Source: Marsupella aquatica | Taxonomy: Eukaryota; Plantae; Marchantiophyta | NCBI GenBank assembly: GCA_973895155.1 | Contig: OZ316897.1 | Coordinates: 22,915,455 to 22,979,454 of the forward strand | Length of the DNA: 64,000 bases | Direction of reading: 5' to 3' | In this document: piece by piece, positions 39,622 through 53,300 of the stretch | Position numbering within the stretch: the stretch's first letter is position 1 | Layout: each line of letters begins with the position of its first letter | The notes under the pieces: generated by a model | Seen by the model: only the letters and a program-made list of their open reading frames with translations | Database searches by the model: none | What the model was told of the DNA's origin: nothing | Made by a program: the position numbers and the translations under genes

Positions 39622-40503
39622 ATGGCGTCGCAAACGGAAACGAAGCCGGCAGCCACGGAGAGCAAGCGCTTGGTGAAGGTGACGGTGTGTATCAAAAAGA
39701 AACCGGGCATTTCTGACGAGGATTTCCACCGGCACTGGTCCGAAATACATGGGCCCCTTGTCCGCAGCATTCCAATTGTCCAAGAAAAGATACTCAAATA
39801 CACTCTGGTTAGTCCACAACACGTCTTGCGATTGCTGGATCCGTCTTTCTTAGGGTGTTCTCTCGCCTTGCAAGTTGTTTCGAAGTTGTAGTGCTTGGTG
39901 ATTCGACTTCTCTTCACTTCAGCTTCCCTCTCATTTTTCTTTGTGGTCATGTGGAGTTGTTTCCTTCAATGGATTTGCCTTCAGAAGTACTTTCTTTCAT
40001 TTCTCTCTATGTTCCACCTATGGATCTGTTTCTATTTGCTGTCGGCATTTGTTCTTGCGGACTGGTTCCAGCTCAATTGAATCACGGGGCGACCCATTCC
40101 CCTTCCTCTGAGACTGTGGGAGCGAGAGGAGTAATCAGGGAGTGCCTCCTTTCCACACACTAGACATGAAACAAGAGTATGATGTACACTGTAGCCCAAG
40201 GTAGATCCTGAGGTGAGTACAGTAGGGCTGAGGTTTTGCTCTCAATTAATGCTTCAATGCGTTTTCCTTTGGCAGTTCCACAACAACGCGTCTCTGAGTA
40301 GCCATGCGGCGAGCTTAGGTGCACCGATGACAGAGTTCGATGGTGCAGCAGAATTTGTGGTAACAGATCTGGATACTCTATTCAGCGTATGGCAGGATCC
40401 AGAGTTCGAGAAAGTGGTGACAGCCGACGAGGAGAAGTTCATGACGCGTGAAGGGGTCAAACTCATGATCGGCTATGAGGACCTCATGATGGACCGTACT
40501 TAG
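39622..40503 (+). CDS. EthD-domain (dimeric alpha-beta barrel) protein, 2 exons (39622-39807, 40276-40503), 137 aa
   Basis: Spliced product MASQTETKPAATESKRLVKVTVCIKKKPGISDEDFHRHWSEIHGPLVRSIPIVQEKILKYTL|FHNNASLSSHAASLGAPMTEFDGAAEFVVTDLDTLFSVWQDPEFEKVVTADEEKFMTREGVKLMIGYEDLMMDRT*. It carries the EthD pattern KPG.S..F..HW...H.PL ... DG.AE ... DE..F. Phase-0 intron GTTAGT...GGCAG. Confidence 0.85.
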
Positions 40504-41718
40504 ATATCACAGGGAAAGACACAATGACATCACAGCGACGATAGTTTGTACTGTATGGGCTTGTGAGGCGGATGCACTCCCTAGAATCTTTTGTTGTGCA
40601 ATTACATTAGAGCTATATGTTTGAACTTGCGCCTTGATAGAAAATGATGAAGAATTGGTCTCGTGATTGTGGATGCTTCAACTCACTTTACTCTGACCTC
40701 ATGTGAAGAGGAGCTCCGAGACACTTGGCTACTGCATGGCAATCAAACCAGAGCAGTTGTCAAATTGGCATGAACATCGTTTACAGAAACCTTTGTTATT
40801 TCGACTTCTGAAAAACGTAGAAATACGTAGTCACCTCACCTGGTCAGAACTGGATATTGATGTTTCAGCTTCTGGGGGAAATCACGTGGATGGAACGTTC
40901 ACCTACTAGTTGAACATCCGAACATGGGCTCTCTGGAGCCAACAAAGAGGGCCTTGAACGAAACAGCAGGCAGCCTCTACTGTGCTTGCATCACTTATCT
41001 GGTTCGAGATTACTTTCTAGGATCAGGCGAGGTTCAATGCAGTTCTCAGTACCAGAAGCACAGCACACTAGTTAGACAAACCCATTATGAAGATATAAGC
41101 TGTAAAGAAATTTGTGCAGGTAGTCATGTTGCACCGGGCATTGCAAGGGATCCGACCCTATTGGTAAGTAAAATTCATGTTTCGCACACTTAAGACAGCC
41201 TTCATGAGGTCGTTGGAGTACTCAGCAGTTTATGTTAGTTTATGTTATTTAGGGACGAATGTTACTCAGATTTGATCTCCTACCTTTCTGTTTGTTCATG
41301 TGTAACTGTAATTCTCGCAATCAATTTTGTGGATATTGAAGGGGAACAATATCACACATTATGAATGACGAGATGAATTGTGGAATGATTAGCATAACAC
41401 TCCTCGAGTCGTTCATAATGCAGAGCGGCAACCTGATGTGGAGATGGTACGTTTAATGGCAGACAGTGAAAGAATACCAAACAGTATAGGGCGTCCTCAC
41501 TTGCTCTTTGAGTGGTCCACTTCCTTGTGGAATTGCTTCTCGATTGTGTGCAATGTGTCTTACATATTTCAAATTGGGTAGTCCTGATTGATTGTTGAGT
41601 TATTAAGCTATTTCACTAGATTGATGCACCAAAGGCTATTTCAATCGTGTGAGAGCTCTGGGCAGAGCAAGGGCTGCGCGAGCCAACACTGCCCACGAGA
41701 AAAATTCAGCTCTGGGTG

Positions 41719-42861
41719 ACACCGGGTTAAATCAACACCGCATTAAGGCTCCCCAGCCTTCTTGGGGCCCCGTACCCTGCCTGTCACTAATTCCAAAGCT
41801 GCTGCTCGCAAGTTGCGCGTCCGTCAATCACCGTTCTGGTGCACTTGAAATGTATTAGCCACGATCGTTGACGCACGAAATTTTTTCGTCCATTTCAAAT
41901 TCCATGGCCTTTAGGGCGCGGGACACGCCTAGCTTCCAACGCCGCCCACTCCAATGCCCATTTGTGAGTTCTTCCTACTTTCATTTGATTTATGGTCGTC
42001 ATAACGATCTTGGATTGTGGAGAGAGCGTTCTGCCTTGCACTTCTCTGTCTCCAAAGTCTTTGTCAGGTCGTGGTGAGGAGGACAACAGTCGATCCGCTT
42101 GCCTGTGGACCCACATTCTTCACGGTTCTGCATGTGGACACATCGTCAATGTTGGGGACCTTTTAACTTTTCTAATCATTTCTTGAGTGCCTATTGTGGT
42201 TCGACGATCGTGCGGCTAGGAAGTGACAATTGGTGCAACCCTGCCCCTTGCAACGACGACGATGGTGTGTTTCTTATGCAATGCTGACTTGCATTTTGTG
42301 ACGTGGGGCATAAGGCCCCTGTTTGAGCTTGCAACTTGCGCCATGCAATCGTCGTTCTTCATAAGCCACACGATCATCGAACCACAGTAAACACTCAAGA
42401 AACGATTAGAAAAGTAAAAAGGTCCCCAACATTGACGATGTGTCCACATGCAGAACCGTGAAGAATGTGGGTCCACAGGCAAGCGGATCAACTCTTGTCC
42501 TCCTCACCACGACCTGACAAAGATTTTGGAGACAGAGAAGTGCAAGGCAGAACGCTCTCTCCACAGTACAAGATTGCTACGACGATCAGAAATTGAATGA
42601 AAGTAGGAAGAACTCACAAATGAGCACTGGAGTGGGCGGCGTTGGAGGCTAGGTGTGTCCCGCGCTCTAAAGGCCATGGAATTTGAAATCGGCGGAAATT
42701 TTCCATGCGTCAACGATCGTGGCTAATACATGTCAAGTGTGCCAGAACGGTGATTGACGGACGTGCAACTTGTGGGCAGCAGCTTTGGGATTAGTGACGG
42801 GCAGGGTACGGGCCCCAAGAAGGTTGGGGAGCCTTAATGTGGTGTTGATTTAACCCGGTGT
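41719..42861. mobile_element. Non-autonomous Mutator-like/foldback element with ~500 bp TIRs and 9-bp TSD
   Basis: 41719-~42217 is an inverted, highly similar copy of ~42364-42861 (termini ACACCGGGTTAAATCAACAC / GTGTTGATTTAACCCGGTGT). CTCTGGGTG flanks both ends (41710-41718 and 42862-42870). Confidence 0.9.
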
Positions 42862-44451
42862 CTCTGGGTGAGTCGAGAATCGAGGTCCCTGTCTGAGCTT
42901 TGTGATGGTTCTGTGGTACCGTAGGCTTAATCTGGTTGCCCAAATAATAAATGACAAAGTACACATTGGCGCCGAAATTGAAGCACGGATGTCCCTCCAT
43001 ATTTATTTAAAGGCTCGTATGTATTTTTGTAGGTTGGATGAATTGTAGCACTACCCTATTTTTTCTCATATAGTACATATTGCACTGAATGAATGTGATC
43101 AGAAATCCAGATAATCATTGGGAAATTTGGAGGTCACTTTGGAGGTCTATCATTCTCGATTAAATTTGAATTATTATGTTACTTTTGAAAAATCTTTCCA
43201 AACCATTTCTAAATGACCCCAAAATATCAGATTAGTCAGTTGAGAATAATGAGAGAGGGTAAACTTCAAAGCTAGATGCGAAAGAAAATGCTGAAAAACA
43301 AATTGAATATATTAGATACATTTGAAAAATCCTTCCAAACCATTTCTAATGAGCCCAAAAACATAAAATCTCTCAATGAGAACAATGGGGGAGACTTAAT
43401 GTCAAAGCTAGATGGGAAAGAATTGCTAAAAAAACTGAGAATTGCAGTGTGGATAATGATTGATACAATCATTTTCCACAACTCTCTCAATTCTTCATGA
43501 AAACTAAGGAGATTAGGCTAGAAAGATATTTTGAATCTGCTTCTAATGAGTCTAAAAAGAGAAGATTTAGTTGGATATTTTTGATCAATACTTTGTTTTT
43601 GAAAACATTTTGGAAACCAAAGGTGTAGAAGGTGTCATTATTCCATGTTGGTTGCTTGGTTTATTGCGTTCCTGCATCAAAATTTGACCCCCCAAAATAG
43701 GTGGGTAGACAAAATACGCCCATAATTTGGGGAAATGGGGAGGAATTAAATGTCTGACACAACAATTTGCCCAAGGAAACTGTGCTATCTGTTGAAATTG
43801 GCCACCAGCATATGTTTTGGCTTGAAATTGGAGTTTAAACTCTGGAGTGTAAGCGGAAGTATCAGTAGAGGCACACAACTTTGTGGTTTGGGAAATTTAA
43901 ATCAACCCTGCAAAATTATGGAAGCAAAATAATTTTTTTTTCTCAGTACCCGTTTATGATTTTGATTTGCAACAAGACATTTACATATCTAGACAAACTT
44001 GCAACCTATATATGATGACATTGACAAAAACCTAAATCACTACCAACAGTTATGTATAGCATAATGAAGAAAAGAAACAAATCGCAGCTCGCACCTAGGT
44101 ACAATTTTTATCACCGGACTGACAACCCATAACTTATTTACTATCCTAGAATGAACATGGGGGAATGAAACCACGGTTTCTCACCAGTCCCTTAGGTTAG
44201 AGCAAAAATATTATTACTACTACAATGTTCTGGTTTGGAATAAAGTTTGATGTCATGATAATTTACACATCCAAAAGCAGCAGCCAGATACCTCAAAAGA
44301 ACAACTCTCACTGATGTATAGTAGGATTTATTGTGGTATGAAATATTAGGGCAACCTCTGGGCACATTGCATGTTGCATTGTATACCATATGGTGTTGTG
44401 TTTTGATGTGCATTTACCAGAAAGCAAAAGTTTGCCTTTCCAGTCATTAGG

Positions 44452-44566
44452 ACACAACACAAACTACACATGGAAGATCTTTGGTAATATACAAACAGTT
44501 ACTATCGTACACAACACAAGTCACACATGGAAGATCTTTGGTGATATACAAATCAGTTACTGTCGT
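44452..44566 (+). repeat. 57-bp tandem duplication
   Basis: ACACAACACAA...CACATGGAAGATCTTTGGT.ATATACAAA(T)CAGTTACT.TCGT occurs twice in tandem. Confidence 0.8.
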
Positions 44567-47190
44567 TTTTGTGTCTCAGAAAGATGGCGTGACTTCCCTT
44601 GTTGTCCCCAATTCTGAAGTTAGTGCACATAATTTTAAAATACGAATGCAGATTTGGGACTGGGATTAAGGGTGAAGGTATTGCCTGTGTGGCTGTCATC
44701 TTTAATTCCAAAAAATAAACAATTCCAGTAGCTCCGCATGTTCCTCACCACTATGTTGCTCCAGTTCATTTACCCTAGCAGAAGCAATTCACTTACCATT
44801 AGCAGAGCCCACTGCCTTCTTATGTCCTTCAAGAGTTTGTGCAGGACAATAGCAGTCGTCTAATCTAAACTTCGTTAGCTCAACTCTTATCTTGAACAAA
44901 GGTAACCTTTTAGCTCAAATCTAATCCGGAACAACGGTGACATTTAGACGCCATGCTCCTACTCTCATAATTCTGTGCCCAAAACTTTATAGTGGGATAA
45001 TTTTTTGGGGACGAAAATTGTTCACAAAAACCAATCTCAGGGTGAGGGTTCTAATCTATAACCCTACTGCCTGTTTGGAAAAGCTTCCCAGGTGCTGCTG
45101 CCAGCTTCTTTGCACATTCAGGACTCAGGGTTCAACGGATGTAGAGTTAAAGCCTACTCTAGTAATCCCCTGCCCAGACCTACTCTTATCCTAGACTTCC
45201 TTCCCCTTCGCCCACCTACTAGTACCGGTACTACCGGTACTGTACCGCCTTCATTCTACAGTCCACCAGCCAACGAACTTGGTACAGTCCAGTAAAGTTA
45301 GTCTTTGCCTTCAGTCTTACAAAGGACGACAATGAACCCAACGAACGTGGATCCATTTTTGCAGTCGTTTCATTTCCTTCTTCTGCTCCAGAAAACACCG
45401 CCACAAAAGGAGCCCAAAGGGCAAAGGGCAAAGGCGTTCATCATTCCACCTAAATGTAGCTGTCAGCTGCCTCCAGAGGTTCCCGTCACGCCCGCTGCTA
45501 TAATATAGTGACAGCGCTGGGAAACAGTTTAGCGAACTCCAGAGCGAGGCGACAGCCGTCCATCTCAGATTTGGACCGCGCGGATTCGTTGCTTGAAATT
45601 AACAAATTAATTACTATTTGTGCCTGTCGCTATGATAGCCAGCTAGCCCCGCTAATAAGTAATAACTGTCGCTATGAGAGGGGGGGGAGGGGTAACGGGT
45701 GCGCTCCGGATGACAGCGACCGAAGTGCGAAGGGTATGTTCTCGTAACGTAGCGAGATCATCACCTGCTGCACTCTCCACGGACGAGCGGTTGTTGCGAT
45801 GTCATGTCAAGCGAAGCAGCGGAGAAAAGACTCTGCAACCTCGGTGCATTTCGTTTTCGTCGAGATTCGTGGACCCGATTTTGATCAAGGCGACGACTGT
45901 CGTTTCGAACCCATTTTGACTCCGAACAGACGAATCCTCTCGGCTGCGATAGGTCCCCCAGGCTCTCTGCTGGACGAGAGATCTCGATAATGTATGTTTA
46001 ATGGGGAACAGTACGATTCAATACGATGTGCCGGGAGAGACCAATCGAGCTGATGATTTGGACGGGGACGTCGAGCGATCGCTGCATGGAAGAAAAATTC
46101 TTCCGAGCGCAAATTTAGACGGAGGCCGGTTTGATGAATGACGTGGGAGTGGGGACAAAGTTACGCATTTGCTCTCTCGAGCTTATAAAGACGCGAGGCG
46201 AGTAGACGTGCTTCGATGCACTTTCTGTGCAGCCGCTGTAAGGTGTCGGCAACAAGGTGGCGAAACTCTGGGCTTCTTCTTTCCCTGCTTGCCGTTTAGA
46301 AAGTGCCGATAATGTGTGATACCGTACTGTTGAGATTGGGCTGGATTCTTCAAGAGTCTGCTAGCTTCTGAATCCTGAAAGATCACATCAGTCGGTTCGT
46401 GACCGATGGAAGGCTGATGAGAAGTCGGCTGTGATTGAGTGGGAGGTGAATGAGAAGGATGCTCCTTGGAATACTTCCTTCCCGCTCTCCTGTTTGGTGG
46501 TGAGAATTGTGTCTCGAGAAATCTATCCCTTCGCACTTGAGTGGATAGTCTACGAACAGCTTCACTGTCGATGAAGGAGTAAACGTGCTCCAATAAACTT
46601 CCTATGCAGCTGAGGTCGACAAGGTGGATTACCTGTTCAAATTTGCTTCATATTTTTCACACGGAGTGTGTACAAAGATTTGGATTCAAGCTTTCGTCGG
46701 TCCGGTCATGGAACATCACATCAGTTGGTTGTAATCGACAGCGAGGCAAATGTGCGGGCCTGGAATCCTAGAAGCTCGTTCCAGTGGTGCCTCCGCCGCG
46801 CGCTCTTCTTATCACCGAGCTTTGCTTCAAGCGACATCCAATACACTTCTGGTGCTACTGATGCGTTTCAAACGGTACTGCGGGGCCTCACGTCGGAGTA
46901 GCTACTGCGTTCTATACACCCTGTCTTCATCATTACGGGAGGCACTTCGTATAGAAATTCATGTCACTTGGTTACAATAGATTGTGAAAATAAAGGGCGG
47001 GAAGACTTCCGGATCTGTGGATGCTTCATCACAGGCCTTCATCCTGATATATCTGTCTAGGAGAATTGTGCTATATGACCCCAGCGCAACAAGCACCATA
47101 TCAATATTTTCAGTTGTTTGTGCGTTATGCGAGCTTACTGAGATTGCAATACAGCGGTGTCATCTTGTTCCGGATTACAAAGCTGGCACA

Positions 47191-50100
47191 ATGGGAAATG
47201 CCTCCTCCATTCTTACTCTCGTTCGGAAGCTCGGTCTGAACGATTCGCGGAGGATAACACATTCGTTGAAGGTTGGTTTGGCCCTAACGTTGGCATCTCT
47301 TTTGGTGCTGCTGAAGCCGTATTACTGGATCGGACAAAACGCCATCTGGGCAGTGATTACCGTCGTGGTCGTCTTTGAGACCTCTGCAGGTATCGATCTA
47401 CTTCATGGGATTGAGAGAACACGTAGCAGCTATGAAATATTGAAGTAGCTATTAGGAAAGTTGATCTTAAGTTCTGTGTGTGTTTAGCATAGGTATGGTT
47501 TTGCACACATTCCGAATCGTCTGATGCATCCCCGGATACATCGATTGCATCCTCAACGTTTACTGTTATTGACCTCTGATGTTCTTCGATGATCTCGTTC
47601 ACGCAGGAGCGACTGTTAGCAAAGGCTTAAATCGAGGGCTAGGAACAGTTTTAGCAGGTCTCTTGGCTTTGGGTGTAGCTCACTTGGCAGATCTTCTCAA
47701 AGCCACAGGAGAGCCAATTTTCATAGGAGCAATGGTTTTCATATCAGGTACATTCCTATCCCTGTGGACCACCCGATACTTTTCATTGCGTGTGACACCC
47801 TTCAACCAGTTGGCATGCACCTATCCAAGATACCTATTCAGGAGAGTCATGCTGCTTTTTCTTGGATTGTACCCAGAACCTGTGTAGCAGTGTCCTGGCC
47901 ACACTTGATAGGCAGGCCTTCCAACGGATTCTCTTCTCAACTTGAGTTGAGTCCTTCGATCCGAGTTTGCCAGAAGTAGGCCAAGTGATGGTTTTATTTA
48001 AACTGCTGTTGGCTTCCTATACAGGCTTAGTATGTACCTTTGTAAGGGCGATTCCAACAGTGAAGAAGAAGTTCGACTACGGTGTGGTGATATTCATGCT
48101 CACGTTCTGCATGGTGTTGGTGTCTGGCTACCGGAGCGGCGATGAGGTGAAGAGAGCGACCGACCGATTACTGACCATTTTGGTAGGTGGCTTGATAAGT
48201 TTGGCCGTAAGCTCTTTCCTCTTTCCTCACTGGGCTGGCCAAGACCTTCATAGACTGACTGCGGATAACTTCGACGACCTTGGTGATGCTTTGGAAGGTG
48301 AGCGGTGCATGAATTTTTTCTCTGATTCCGTATCTCAATGCAATGACGTTTGTGTATTGGATAGAGTTGAAACAACAATGGCTTGGTTCGTTGCCTGTGC
48401 AGATTGTGTGAAGGAATATCTAAGTGGAGAAGCCCAGCCCATTGCTACTACGATGATTGCAGACGATGCTGACCCAGTTTACAACACTTGTCGTGAAGCT
48501 ATCAGATCTCGAAACACAGAGGAGGCCCTGGTAAGCTAACCCTGTCTACTATAATTTGGTATCTACACCACTTCAAATTTGGTAGTCAGATCGGTTTGAA
48601 CATTTGTGTGCTTATTACCTAAGATTATCAATGAACTTGTGCTGAAAATATGAACGGCGAAATCGTCCAGGTCGTTTTCGCCAGTTGGGAACCACCTCAC
48701 GGACGCTTCAGGTTGGGGTATCCCTGGAAGCAATATCTGACCGTGGGAGCAATGCTTCGTCATTGTGCTTATAGTGTTCTTGCCTTACACGGGTGCCTTC
48801 ATTCCGAAATCCAGGTACCAGCCCGCTACAATGACGTCTTTTAATGTTGTCTGTCGAAAATTAATTCAATTCGGTTATAAATTGTACGCGACGGCAGTGG
48901 CTTTCCCGACACAGAGTTAGAGGAGTTTTGGACGGCGTGTGGTTAGCTTTGTAACTAATGCCCGCAAGAAATGTATGTGCCTATGTGGCGTCGTTGATCT
49001 TCATGAAGCCAATATTGTTCAGCCACCGCTACAGTGATTTTTATCCCTCGTTTTGAGCTACTGGTTTTGTTGGTTATCGCACTACAGTAAACAGTTGTAC
49101 CTTGACCTTCTTTCTTTTTTTGCCTGGAAATCAACTTTGAAGAACTTAAATCGAAGAGGTGACAGCATACCACAGTGCCAGGGGGGGGTCAAAAAGACTG
49201 TTTGACGTTCTTCTTTCCCCGCATCCTATTCGCACGGCCGACACTAACAGTCTAACACTATGACCACTACTATTGAACTCCTAAATTAACTTCCTACTTT
49301 CATCAGTGTAGATTGTTTGTTGTCAATATCCTGTACACATAGAATATTGATTTGGCGACACGATGAAAAGTAATAAGACGGGAGTCTTCTAACTTCCTGA
49401 ATGCTGTTATCACTCATCCCAGGCGCCAAGGGGTCTCCGAATCATCTTCGCAAATGAGATGCTCACAGCGAGCCGAGATGCTACCGATTTGCTTCATGAG
49501 TTAGGCGATTGCATTCGTAAGATGCACAAACCGAAAGGCTCAACCAAAGATCTCCTAACGAAAACCTATCAAGCGGCAGAAGCTCTTAAGGAATCGATCA
49601 GCATGCACTCATATCTTCTCGCCACCCCAGAAAGCTGGTCTGGTCTGGAAGACGGCCTAAACGACGGTGTGGGTGGAACGAATACGCGGTCGACATCAGC
49701 TAATGAGACAATCATGTGTAAAGGCACACTTGCTAATTCGAACCGGATTGTACAGACAGAAGTGGCACTTTATCAGAAGCGTGACTGCGAGCCAAGCGAG
49801 AGTGTTCATGAGCACGGCACGGAGGTAAGCCTGAAGGTGAAGACCGTGTATAATCCCATGTCGGCTGAGCTGGACAAAGACGGTCGACGTTCAGTTAATC
49901 AATCAAAGCTCCACAGGCTTCTCGAACACGATGCTGTTCTGAGTAGTTCAGACAACACGGAGCCGGCATCCCCGTCGCCGGATTGGACGACTCACTTAGT
50001 ACTACCAGGCAACGTCTTTACCGAAGAAAGCTCGGACAGAAGTCGTGTTGAAGACATTGCAGGCGCTGCGTCTTTGATCTCCTTCGCCTCAATTTTAATA

Positions 50101-50352
50101 GAAACCCTCGCCCGTTTAGAGCATGTGGTGGAAACTGTGCAGCGATTGAGCGAATTCGGTCGGTTTAGGGCTTGCACATGTAGTTCAAGCCGTGTACATG
50201 TAGACGAACATTGTATATACGTCCGCGATGATGACGGTAAAAGTGTCTATTCTCAAAGGGACAAACATCTCTCGAGAAGCTCGAAATCGTTACGAAACTC
50301 GAGGAACTCGAGACACCTACCCACAAATGCACAACCGGAGGCTGCCGAATAG
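47191..50352 (+). CDS. ALMT: Aluminium-activated malate transporter (ALMT) family anion channel, 6 exons
   Basis: DSRRITHSLKVGLAL...NAIWAVITVVVVFE.SAGATVSKGLNRGLGT...KKFDYGVVIFMLTF...VSGYR...WAGQDLH...ASWEPPHGRF..GYPWKQYL...ALHGCL.SEIQAP and a C-terminal SLISFASILIETLARL helix. Approximate exons: 47191-47389, 47607-47747, 48024-48297, 48402-48530, 48671-48813, 49423-50352. Confidence 0.93.
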
Positions 50353-53300
50353 TAGACCGAATAATAGATGTTCATGAAGTTGAAGGCCTTGTGTACATTA
50401 GAACAGCTCATTGCCCAGACTTTGAGTTCTTACGTTGAAGAAAATCCCAAATCGTAAAGGCTTATTAGTACGTATATTTAGTCGTAACTAATCCTGCCAC
50501 AACACAAACCATTTAGATTCAGGCTATGCCAAACAGAGTATCTCTGGGGTGGCTTAATACTGACAGTAAGCTGTCCATAAAAGAGCAGAAAATTTTCGGT
50601 ACGATTACCTTCACTGCAGTCATGATCTGGCTTGACGAAAGGTTCACTTGAGGAACTCCTAAACGACTCTGCACCCAAGAACGGCTCGATCATAAGAAGA
50701 AGGCTGACACAATAGTAGAAGTCTTCGGATGTAATCTTCGATTCCGGTGTTGGAGATCTAAGAACGATGCACACACAAACAAAGGGCGAGGAACTTTGCT
50801 TAAAGATGGTTAGTAAAAGTCTTCGGGACTAGTCTTCAATTTCAGCATTGGATTGCTTTCAGACATGGAAATAAGCGCAACAAATTAGACGGCAGCATTG
50901 TCAGCTATCTACTTGGAAGGTCGTACCAGACAGAATGCCACCCATAAGCTGGGAATGACTGGAGCGTCCCCTCAAAAATGCATTTTAGTTCACTAGTCAC
51001 AAATCAAGAATCCTCACCTCGACATTTGCCTTGTTGCCATCTAGAAAGCATTCTTGCTTTGGCTAGACTACGGAAGCGGCCATGGGCATCGTGATCATGT
51101 ACAGGCAGCAGTACTCGAGTAGTTCGCAATTGCTCTGGTCACTCCCTCACTCCCTACAGAAGTAACAATCAATCAAGCTACGTTACTTGAACCCAAATTG
51201 GAGCTTTATCTCCCAAATTGGAAGCAATTACTAAAGAATTTCCTATGAGAATCAATCAAAATTTCTATATACACTGAGAATGGTCCAAAACTTGTTGAAT
51301 ATGGATTCCAAGGGTGTCCGCACTGCATCTAGTGTCCAGGGTCAGCAGAATGATGCTCCCGTCAGCTTCGGTCTCTGTGAATTACATCACAAACTACCAA
51401 TCTACAAAAGCACCCGCCTTCTCCTTCTTGTCAACGTTTTCTTCAAGGTATACCTCAGATCTTTGGTAGAGTTTTGCCCATCAGCCAACTCCAACTCTTT
51501 CTAGCTCCCATTTCAACTTTTCACTGTGGGCCTCGACTATCAAGTCACTGCCCGCAGTGTCTGCATTACCTGAGCTCCACTTTCCAGCGACTTCCCTCTT
51601 CTCCAGCAATATATCGATCCTCTCCAAGGAATTCTACGGTTTGTCCATTGGCACCATGTGCCCAAGATTGTTCACCTCCGTGTCCAAGAAGGTCATAGGA
51701 GTATCGATTAGGACCATTGACACTGACAGACAGAAGTACGCACGATAAGATTTCATTTGAGAGGGTCTGCCCCGATCCAGGTTTCGTTTACAAAGAAGAA
51801 GTTCCTTCTCTTTACGGTGAGGCCCTGCATGGACCAAAACAACAGTGCGCTGCCGTAAGACCTGACTTGAATTCTGTGTTCCGAATGTTTGTAGAAACAA
51901 ATTTTGCTGAGCTGTTATCTTAATCAACCTGATTTGTCTTGAAATGATTGTACTAAGAGAGACAAAATGATCACACACCTTGAGAAAACTAAGAGGCCAA
52001 TAAGACATACCACTCAAGACCTGAGGTCTCGCCTTGGACTTCGAAAGCTTTCCAGTCAGCCTTTGTATATTCTATCAAGCCCAAGCAGTCCATGGCGCTA
52101 TCAATCTCGAATTCCCTGCGGAAAGCATACAAAAGCCAAGACCGTTTGTAAGGATCAATTCCAGCTCACAATTATGCAGAGAGGTTTCTGGGAAAATTCT
52201 TTGGGGGAGCGCACAAGCACCGTGCTTTACCTATTTAACCAATTGCAGATTAGGTCATACTCTTCGTGTTGACAAGTAGTTCGACACCATACATTTCCCA
52301 GAAGAGCAGGAATCATGCCAGCTTCCAAATTTCGAATCCATAATCATAGTTTCATAGACACACAAACGACTTTAAGCTCAATATAGTAACCCAACGTGTC
52401 TTGTGCATGTGTTTACAAAATTTTAGGCACATGTCAATCCGTTAACAATTTCTTTACAAATTGTGGTGTGGCCATCGCTTTCCAGCTCTCTCTGAGCACT
52501 CACAGTTGCAGTCCTTTTTTCATCAACCCTGGAATTGATGTAAGAACAAAACAGGTTGTTCACAACACTATATTAGCGCAAGCCTAAGGCGTTGTGTATG
52601 TGTGGGATGACATGATCAGCCCCAGCAAGCGCCTTGCAAAAGGCACTCAAAATACCATCTTTGCTGAAAACCGGAACATGTAGCGATAGGAGCAACCTGC
52701 AAAATAGCAATTGCATTTCACCAATTCTTTCAATCTGAAGAAATGCCCTCAGCTCCTTTGGTGGCATACAGCTTGGCTATCATGAAAACATTAATGACAA
52801 TCAGAAGCACCCCATAAATCTGTTAGGTTTCTCCCTCTCAAACATGAAGTAATGCATTATTATAATGTCAAAGCACACTCACCTGTAACTCAGGACATAA
52901 GACGCTCTTAAGGTCAGGATAGAATGTCTATGGGCTACCAAAATATGTACCCCATAAGGATGGTACGTCCAAAAATAAATAAAGTTATAACACTTTGGTT
53001 ATGGGAGAACTTTGACATGCCCTAATGCCCTCTGGAGATTTAACTGTATGCAACTCCCACCAAAATTATAAATAAGGGTAAAACAAAGTACACTGAAAGG
53101 AAAGAAAAAGAGGTCCAAAGAGAACAAACACCAAACAAGAAAAAGAAAAGCAACCCAAAAGGACACAAAGGGCAAACTGTCTAGCACTTTACACTATATG
53201 TGTAATTTGCAATCACCACCTCAATCATCTATTGATCTCACAAACACTACTTTTAACTATCCAAATTTGAAATACTAAGACTGCAATTATCTTCAGTGAT

